The position numbers and the translations under genes are program-made. A stretch of 62,420 bases of DNA, counting the filler. It is 6 parts of 6 records of this genome, joined end to end, with 100 filler letters (N's around TTAATTAATTAA, not from the genome) between each part and the next. Parts side by side here need not be neighbours in the genome. Positions count along the whole stretch, not along the records: positions 32,407 to 39,133 come from SRR31147125_30364; 5 more parts are not named here. The stretch is one strand, 5' to 3'. Shown here piece by piece: positions 32,529 to 39,233 of this stretch; position 1 is the stretch's first letter; the number at the start of each line of letters is the position of its first letter. The notes under the pieces are model-generated. The model ran no database searches. It worked only from the letters and a program-made list of their open reading frames with translations, and was not told the origin of the DNA.

Positions 32529-34070
32529 TCACTTCTTCACATACGGCTCTTTTGGGGCAGCAATTCCGCCGCACTCTTTTAGCAATACTGTTTTTAAATT
32601 CTCAACTTTTTCAGGATGTTTATCTGCCAGGTTATTCTCTTCCGAGTAATCGTCGGGCAAATAATAAAGCTGGTAAATATCGGCAGTTTTTTGATAACGA
32701 ATTTTCCAACCATCGGAAGTTACCAATGCCGGCCCATGTTTCGAGTTAAAAACAACGTACTCGTGCTTTTCCGACTCTTGCCCGAACAGAGTTGGGTAAT
32801 AAGAAATACCGTCCTTTTTATTTGGCACCTCCACATTCAACATTTCGGCAAACGTAGAAAGCAAATCGTAATTCGACACCATCTGGTTCAGTACCTTTCC
32901 TCCTTCAATTTTTCCGGACCAGTGGTAAATTAAGGGCACGCGCACTCCGCCTTCCCAATTGTCGCGTTTCAGTCCGGCAAAACCATCGTTGCCGTTAAAA
33001 ACATCAACCGCCAAATGGCTGTAATATTTCGTATTAATGTTGTCGAATTTCTCGCCGGTTTTAATGTTCATTACAGGTTTAGCCAGTTTTCCATCACTCG
33101 GATAATAAATTTCATGCCCGTTATCGGCACTAAAAATTACAAGTGTATTTTCGTACAAGCCCTGCTTTTTCAGTTCATCTATAATTATTCCAACATGCTC
33201 ATCCAGCATTTTCACCATCGATGCATAGGCTTTTTCAATTTCGGTAAGGTTTGGATTATCTTTAAAATCGGGATGAATTTCGGGAGTTGAAGTTGGCCCG
33301 TGCGGAAGCTGCGTTGGATGATAAAGGAAAAACTTCTCGTCTTTATTATCGCGAATAAATTGTATAATTTTATCGAGGAAAATGTTTTGAGAGTATTGCA
33401 CTTTTCCCTCTTTGTTCCAGCGTTTTTCGTAGCCACCCTTTTCGTCGCGCTCGCTTTCTTTGCCGCAATTTTCGTGGGTATTTCCTTCAATAATTATTTT
33501 CTCGCCATTTTCGAACATAAACGGAGGATAAAATCCGTGGCAACGAACATGGTCGTACATGCCATAATAATAGTCCCAACCGTGTCTTTTTAAGCGTTCG
33601 TGAGTGGTTGCAAATCCCCAATCGAGTTTACCAATTTCGCCGGTAACATAACCAGCTTGCTGAAAAACCTGCGCCAAAAACATTTCGTCTTCGGGCGTTG
33701 GTTTCATTTGCTCGTTTATTTTTTGCTGAACATCATTGTGCGAAAGTCCCTCGGGAATATTAATGTATGCACCTCCTCGCGAAATTTCCCATTTATCGGT
33801 TCGGCAATCGTGGTAACCACTTAACATGCTGGCTCGCGCGGGCGCACAATACTGGCAGCCGTACACATTTTCGAAACGCACACCTTTTTCTGCCAGTTTA
33901 TCAATGTTGGGTGTTTTTATTATTTGCTGGCCCTCGTAACCTAAAAGTCCGCGCCCAAGATCGTCGGCGTAAATTAAGATTACATTGGGCGTTTCTTCAT
34001 CCTGTATTTTCTCAGTTTTACATGCCGAAAAAACAATACTTAATAAAATATAAAATACTAATTGCCTCAT
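32529..34070 (-). CDS. Arylsulfatase (S1 family) lipoprotein
   Basis: Lipobox-like FSAC, YADDLG, CAPAR motif, GKLD, ADNG, WEGGVRVP. Confidence 0.93.
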   Translation of the reverse strand: MRQLVFYILLSIVFSACKTEKIQDEETPNVILIYADDLGRGLLGYEGQQIIKTPNIDKLAEKGVRFENVYGCQYCAPARASMLSGYHDCRTDKWEISRGGAYINIPEGLSHNDVQQKINEQMKPTPEDEMFLAQVFQQAGYVTGEIGKLDWGFATTHERLKRHGWDYYYGMYDHVRCHGFYPPFMFENGEKIIIEGNTHENCGKESERDEKGGYEKRWNKEGKVQYSQNIFLDKIIQFIRDNKDEKFFLYHPTQLPHGPTSTPEIHPDFKDNPNLTEIEKAYASMVKMLDEHVGIIIDELKKQGLYENTLVIFSADNGHEIYYPSDGKLAKPVMNIKTGEKFDNINTKYYSHLAVDVFNGNDGFAGLKRDNWEGGVRVPLIYHWSGKIEGGKVLNQMVSNYDLLSTFAEMLNVEVPNKKDGISYYPTLFGQESEKHEYVVFNSKHGPALVTSDGWKIRYQKTADIYQLYYLPDDYSEENNLADKHPEKVENLKTVLLKECGGIAAPKEPYVKK

Positions 34071-34404
34071 TGTAAAATGAATTTAAAGGTAAATTACTGC
34101 ATCAAACTCCACAACCATAAACAACTTACTTACAACAAGTTTGCAAACACCAATGATTCCATAAACAAATTCTTAGTCATTGTTTCTAAATCATGCAATT
34201 TAAGTTTTCTCCAGAATCTATTGAATAATTATAATGAAGACGTCCTGCTCACCAAAAACACGTAGTCTTTTTTTTGTCAAACACACCGATATTTCCGGCA
34301 CTACTATTAAAACTGTCTCTTTCAAAATTTGGAAAACCACGGAGAACACTGCTTCCTGTTGTGCTATTTTATTCACCATCAAAAAAAATGAGCCTTTCCC
34401 TTTT

Positions 34405-36006
34405 TTATTCTACCGGCTTTGCCACCTCTTTCTTAAACTCAATCCGAACAGGATAAGCCATTCCATAACCAGGATTCTTAGTCATTTTAATTTCCATTCC
34501 TGCATCGGTTTGCTTCCATTTCAATTTACCTTTCGAACCAATTAGTTGAACAGATTTTACACCTTTTAAATTAGCTTTTGCCAGCGATTTAATCAACATT
34601 TTTTCGCCCGGCCAATCTAAAACCGTAGCGTAAAGCACTTTATTATTTTTGCTTCTTGTAAAACGTATATCTTCCGGTGTACCTTCGTGTTTAACGTAAC
34701 CGGTGTGGTAGCGTTTTGCTTCTCCGGCAGGTTTTTCGCCAAATACCTCGTATGGGCGAGTGGCGTAAACTGCTTCGCCACAAACTTTCAACCAGGCGCC
34801 CAGTTCGCGCATCATTGTTTTTTGTTCTTCAGGAAAAGTGCCATCGGGAGCGGGAGCAAACGAAAGCATTAACACACCGTTTTTACTGATGATGTCCATT
34901 AACTGGTCGACAATAGTATTGGTTGGTTTAATTGGTGTATTCGGTACATAACCCCAGTTGTGGTCGTCGTACACACAATCGTCGGTTTGCCAAACCAGCT
35001 CGGCAATATCGTCGTTTCCGCCACGCTCAAAATCAAGTACGCCCGAGCCCGCAGCAAAAGTTTTACGTCCTTTGTAGTTTAATACCACATTCGGATTTCC
35101 AAATTCGCCTTTGCCGGTTTCAAGTGCCATATTGTAATAATGTGCACCAAATTTTTTTCTGCGCGATTCGAAAATTGGAGGATTCATTCCCCAATCGAAA
35201 TAATACAAATCGGGTTGGTACATTGTTGCCAATTCTTTTGTTCGGGCCAACCAGCGGTTCAGGTCGCGCTCGCTTGGTTTTACAGCTCCTTTCGAACGCG
35301 CTTCGAAACTGTTTCGCTCTTCATCGGCATCCATTCTAATGGTATCGGCACTTGGTGCAACAATTGGGTTACCGTATAAATCCTGGTTTTCAGGATTTGC
35401 AGCATCGTAGCGGTTAATGTGGTTCCACATAAAAAACTGGTAGTTCCAGGCTGTGTGATTCGACACTCCAAATTTTAAACCTTTGGCACGGGCAGCTTTT
35501 GCCATTTCGCCCACTAAGTCGCGTTTTGGCCCCATGTTTACCGAGTTCCATTCGCTGAGTTTGGTATCCCATAAACAGTAACTGTCGTGGTGGGCACCCA
35601 TCATGGTAAAAAATTTTGCACCTCCTTCAACACAAAGGTTTGCCCATTCGTCTGCATTAAAATTTTCTGCCTTAAACATCGGGATAAAATCTTTGTAACC
35701 AAATTTATCGGGAGCTCCGTAAGTTTTGTTGTGGTGCAGGTGCGTTGCCAATCCCTGGTTATTACGGCTACTTTGGTCTTTCTGTGCATACATCCAACGA
35801 CCATACCATTCGGCTGCGTGGTCGCCTTTAAACGCAGGAACAGAATAAACGCCCCAGTGTACCCAAAATCCCAGCTTGGCATCTTTGTACCATTCTGGTG
35901 CTTCGTAATTTGTTAACGACTCCCAATCGGCGGTGTATTTTTGTTGGGCGTTGGCTGTAAATACAGCTATTACTGCGATTAATAAGATTAGTGTTTTTCG
36001 TTTCAT
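34405..36006 (-). CDS. Alpha-L-fucosidase GH29 (copy 1)
   Basis: Signal peptide from ATG 36006; WYKDAKLGFWVHWGVYSVP, AEWY, HHD, YFDW nucleophile region, AVYATRP. Confidence 0.93.
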   Translation of the reverse strand: MKRKTLILLIAVIAVFTANAQQKYTADWESLTNYEAPEWYKDAKLGFWVHWGVYSVPAFKGDHAAEWYGRWMYAQKDQSSRNNQGLATHLHHNKTYGAPDKFGYKDFIPMFKAENFNADEWANLCVEGGAKFFTMMGAHHDSYCLWDTKLSEWNSVNMGPKRDLVGEMAKAARAKGLKFGVSNHTAWNYQFFMWNHINRYDAANPENQDLYGNPIVAPSADTIRMDADEERNSFEARSKGAVKPSERDLNRWLARTKELATMYQPDLYYFDWGMNPPIFESRRKKFGAHYYNMALETGKGEFGNPNVVLNYKGRKTFAAGSGVLDFERGGNDDIAELVWQTDDCVYDDHNWGYVPNTPIKPTNTIVDQLMDIISKNGVLMLSFAPAPDGTFPEEQKTMMRELGAWLKVCGEAVYATRPYEVFGEKPAGEAKRYHTGYVKHEGTPEDIRFTRSKNNKVLYATVLDWPGEKMLIKSLAKANLKGVKSVQLIGSKGKLKWKQTDAGMEIKMTKNPGYGMAYPVRIEFKKEVAKPVE

Positions 36007-36039
36007 TTTATTTTGGTTTTTTATTTGTTTTTTTCTCTC

Positions 36040-36206
36040 AAACACCGTCCCTACAGGACTTTGAGCTATCGACTAATTTGGTGGCTACCATAACATCGTC
36101 GCTATGCGACTTTATTTTTACTAATTTCCTAAAAGTGCCAGAGGCACGATGTTATGGTAGCATATTACATCTGACTACTTCAACAAGTCCCATCGGGACG
36201 GTGTTT
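36040..36206. repeat. REPIN-like element of four 21-nt hairpin units (forward, forward, reverse, reverse)
   Basis: Outer 12-bp IR AAACACCGTCCC (36040/36195), inner 16-bp IR GCTACCATAACATCGT (36084/36146), units AACAYCGT-n9-ACTT. Confidence 0.85.
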
Positions 36207-36292
36207 TATTGACTAGCGAATATCGATTACAGGTTAACGAACAACGAAGTATCCATTCAAAAATCATCAATCGTTAATCAATATTCATCATT

Positions 36293-37888
36293 TCATTTTA
36301 CCGAAGCAATCTCCCCCTTAAACTCAATCCGCACAGGGTAAGCAAAATCATAATCCGGTTTTTCAGGCATTCTAATTTCCATTCCCTTTTCGGTTTGTTT
36401 CCATTTTAATTTTCCTTTTTTTCCAATCATTTTTACCGATTTCACTTTACTTAAATCAGACTTGGCCAACGATTTTATTATCATTTTTTCACCGGGCCAT
36501 TCCAAAGCTGTTGCATACAAAACTGTATTTGCTTTATTTCTTGTAAAACGAATATCTTCTTTTGTTGTCAGGAATTTCTTGTGGCCGTGGTCATCCTTTT
36601 CCAACCACTTTTCGCCTAATTCGCCAAACACCTCATACGGACGAGTTGCATAAACGGCTTCGCCACATACTTTCAGCCAAGCACCAAATTCGCATAAAAA
36701 TTTCTTTTGATCTTCAGGAAACGAACCATCGGCTTTTGGTGCAATTGCCAGCATTAAAACTCCACGTTTACTAATCACATCGACAAACTGGTCTATTACC
36801 ATATTTACCGGTTTAATTTCAATGCCCTCGGCATAGCCCCAATTGTTTCCAAAATAAATCGACTCGTCGGTTTGCCAAACCATGTTATGAATATCGTCGA
36901 AAGCACCGTGTTCGAAATCGCGAACTGCAGTGCCGGGTTTAAAAGTCTTTTGATTTTTGTAATTCAACACAACTCCCGGGGCACCAAACTCTCCACTTCC
37001 CCACTCCATTGCTTTGTTGTAGTAATGTGCTGCAAATTCCTTTCGGCGCGATTCAAATACCGGAGGATTCATTCCCCAATCGAAATAATGCAAATCGGGT
37101 TGATACAGGTCGGTAACTTCTTTTGTGCGTTCCAGCCAACGATTTAAATCTCGTTTACTTGGCTGAATTGTGCCGCGAGAACGGGCTTCCCAACTATTTC
37201 GGATTTCGTTTGTGCCCATTCGCATGGTATCGGCACTGGCTTGCACAATTGGATTTCCGTACAAATCCTGATTATCGGGATTTGTAGCATCGTAGCGGTT
37301 AATATGGTTCCACTGAAAAAACATATGGTTCCAGGCAGAATGATTCGACACCCCAAATTTCAAACCTTTTTCGCGACAGGATTCCGATAACTCGGCAACA
37401 ATATCGCGTTTGGGGCCCATTTTTACCGAGTTCCATTTTGTTGTTGGCGAGTCCCACATACAAAATGCATCGTGAAAAACGGCCAGAGTACAAAAATATT
37501 TTGCACCACCTTGTTTGCAGAGTTCTATCCATTCGTCGGCATTAAATTTTTCTGCCGTAAACATTGGAATGAAATCTTTGTAGCCAAATTTTTCCGGTGG
37601 CCCGTAGGTTTCGTTATGGTGAATATGTGTTGCGTATCCCTGGTTGTTTCGGCTGCTTTGTCCTTTTTGGCAATACATCCACCGGCCGTACCATTCAGCG
37701 GCGTGGTCGCCTTTAAAAGCCGGAATGGAATAAACACCCCATATTGGCCAGAAACCGAGTTTAGCATCTTCGTACCACTCAGGTGCTTCGTAGTTTTTTA
37801 ACGACTCATAATTCGCTTCGTATTTCTGCGCATTGGCAAAAATTGTAGCTAAGAATATAAGTAAGATGGTTAGTTTTAATGGTCTCAT
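36293..37888 (-). CDS. Alpha-L-fucosidase GH29 (copy 2)
   Basis: Signal peptide from ATG 37888; WYEDAKLGFWPIWGVYS, AEWY, YFDW; close paralogue of copy 1. Confidence 0.93.
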   Translation of the reverse strand: MRPLKLTILLIFLATIFANAQKYEANYESLKNYEAPEWYEDAKLGFWPIWGVYSIPAFKGDHAAEWYGRWMYCQKGQSSRNNQGYATHIHHNETYGPPEKFGYKDFIPMFTAEKFNADEWIELCKQGGAKYFCTLAVFHDAFCMWDSPTTKWNSVKMGPKRDIVAELSESCREKGLKFGVSNHSAWNHMFFQWNHINRYDATNPDNQDLYGNPIVQASADTMRMGTNEIRNSWEARSRGTIQPSKRDLNRWLERTKEVTDLYQPDLHYFDWGMNPPVFESRRKEFAAHYYNKAMEWGSGEFGAPGVVLNYKNQKTFKPGTAVRDFEHGAFDDIHNMVWQTDESIYFGNNWGYAEGIEIKPVNMVIDQFVDVISKRGVLMLAIAPKADGSFPEDQKKFLCEFGAWLKVCGEAVYATRPYEVFGELGEKWLEKDDHGHKKFLTTKEDIRFTRNKANTVLYATALEWPGEKMIIKSLAKSDLSKVKSVKMIGKKGKLKWKQTEKGMEIRMPEKPDYDFAYPVRIEFKGEIASVK

Positions 37889-38018
37889 AAATGGTTTATT
37901 TGGTTTAATTTCTCGTCTATACTTTAAAAATAGACCTTTTATTTTTAATACTTGCACCTAAATTAATTACCCCTTTTATTTGCGAGTACTTGCCCCTTGA
38001 TTCGCAGATTATGTCTAA

Positions 38019-38226
38019 TTATTGAACCCACTCCGGGGTTCTTTCCCTTTTCTTTCGTCACCACGGGTTACACCCGTGGCTATTCATATTGAACCACGTT
38101 GTGGTTCTTTTCCACAATCCTGAAATGCCTGTCTCGCCCAAGCGGGAGATTGAACATGAATAACCCCGTATGGAATGCGGGGTACAAACCTGACCACTGC
38201 ATCAGAATCCTAAAAGGATTGAATAA
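38019..38226. repeat. Six-hairpin cassette, downstream copy (abuts tnpA stop codon)
   Basis: Direct repeat of 38716-38903 with a net 21-nt insertion at about 38126-38147. Confidence 0.92.
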
Positions 38227-38673
38227 TTAAAGCAAATATTTTTCCTCAAATTTAACTCCATGTTCTTCCAGTAGCTTTTTATACTCTTCCCTAAAAGACT
38301 CCTTTCGGTGGTGTTCCTCCTGTTTTTTCACATATTCTATCAAACTATCTTTAGCATTAAAATGATATGTAAATGCACCATAACCATCCTGCCATCCAGT
38401 AAAATTTTGAAACAAGTTTTCTTTTTTAATGTATTCTGTTGATGAAAGCTTAATATCTTTAATTAAACCAGCCGGAGCTATTGTTGGATGAACATGTGTA
38501 ACAATGTGAATATGGTCTTCAATTCCACCAATTCGATATAGATGACATTTTTGATTTTTAAGCATACCCCAAATGTATCGGTATAAATCATCCCGACTTC
38601 CCTTTGTTAATGTCCGCTCCCGGTTTTTGGTGGAAAAAACAAGTTGATAAAGAATTTGTGTGTATGTGCTCAT
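38227..38673 (-). CDS. tnpA: IS200/IS605-family HUH Y1 transposase (solo, REP-associated-like)
   Basis: LVFSTKNR, DHIH HUH motif, WQDGYGAF, catalytic YVKKQ; 148 aa; no tnpB adjacent. Confidence 0.93.
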   Translation of the reverse strand: MSTYTQILYQLVFSTKNRERTLTKGSRDDLYRYIWGMLKNQKCHLYRIGGIEDHIHIVTHVHPTIAPAGLIKDIKLSSTEYIKKENLFQNFTGWQDGYGAFTYHFNAKDSLIEYVKKQEEHHRKESFREEYKKLLEEHGVKFEEKYLL

Positions 38674-38715
38674 GATAGTTTTTTTAGTTTTTTAAATATA
38701 AAACATTTCAAATCA

Positions 38716-38903
38716 TTATTGAACCCACTCCGGGGTTCTTTCCCATATTCACTTAGCAACCACGGGTTGCACCCGTGGCTATTCATGTTGAACCACGTTG
38801 TGGTTCTTTTCCTCAATCCTGAAAGGATTGAACATGAATAACCCCGTATGGAATACGGGGTACAAACCCGACCACGTACCAGAACCCTAAAAGGGTTCAA
38901 TAA
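38716..38903. repeat. Six-hairpin cassette, upstream copy
   Basis: Terminal 12-bp IR ATTATTGAACCC/GGGTTCAATAAT (38715-38904) enclosing six short perfect stems. Confidence 0.92.
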
Positions 38904-38932
38904 TCTTCCTTTCAACTGGCTAATTTCTCCAC

Positions 38933-39133
38933 TTATTTAAACTTTACCTCACCTGTTTCATCATCCGTTTCAATTAAAACTTCTGCTTTGCCGGAGTAGG
39001 TATTATTCTCAAACCTAATATTTTTTGATTGATGAAACATAATCGCAGGTAATTCGGGATGCAAGGCAGGATAGTTTCCTGAATTTGTTATTTCATTTCC
39101 TGTAAAAACAAAGCCGTCGGTGCACTGAACATC
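38933..39133 (-). CDS. C-terminal fragment of a right-handed beta-helix protein (possibly GH110-like)
   Basis: Open frame DVQCTDGFVFTGNEI..SKNIRFENNT..FK* running from the contig edge. Confidence 0.5.
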   Translation of the reverse strand, partial: DVQCTDGFVFTGNEITNSGNYPALHPELPAIMFHQSKNIRFENNTYSGKAEVLIETDDETGEVKFK

Positions 39134-39233
39134 NNNNNNNNNNNNNNNNNNNNNNNNNNNNNNNNNNNNNNNNNNNNTTAATTAATTAANNNNNNNNNNN
39201 NNNNNNNNNNNNNNNNNNNNNNNNNNNNNNNNN
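39134..39233. other. Artificial contig linker
   Basis: N44-TTAATTAATTAA-N44. Confidence 0.99.

Larger units (their letters stand above)
38019..38903 (-). mobile_element. Putative tnpA/REP unit (cassette-tnpA-cassette)
   Basis: Y1 transposase bracketed by directly repeated hairpin cassettes, inserted between glycan-enzyme genes; no target duplication seen. Confidence 0.7.

Noticed and set aside
34405-37888. GH29 pair as an assembly duplication
   Set aside because: The copies differ throughout at synonymous and non-synonymous positions and by small indels, so they are true paralogues
38019-38903. Hairpin-spacer pattern considered as a CRISPR or mini-array
   Set aside because: Units are inverted relative to each other, stems differ in sequence, spacers are few and partly homologous between copies, and no cas gene is present; it fits REP/IS200-type hairpins better
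38644-38915. Short ORFs 38644-38841 (+) and 38670-38915 (-) next to tnpA
   Set aside because: They run through the palindromic cassette and have no recognisable protein features; no tnpB or accessory gene is supported
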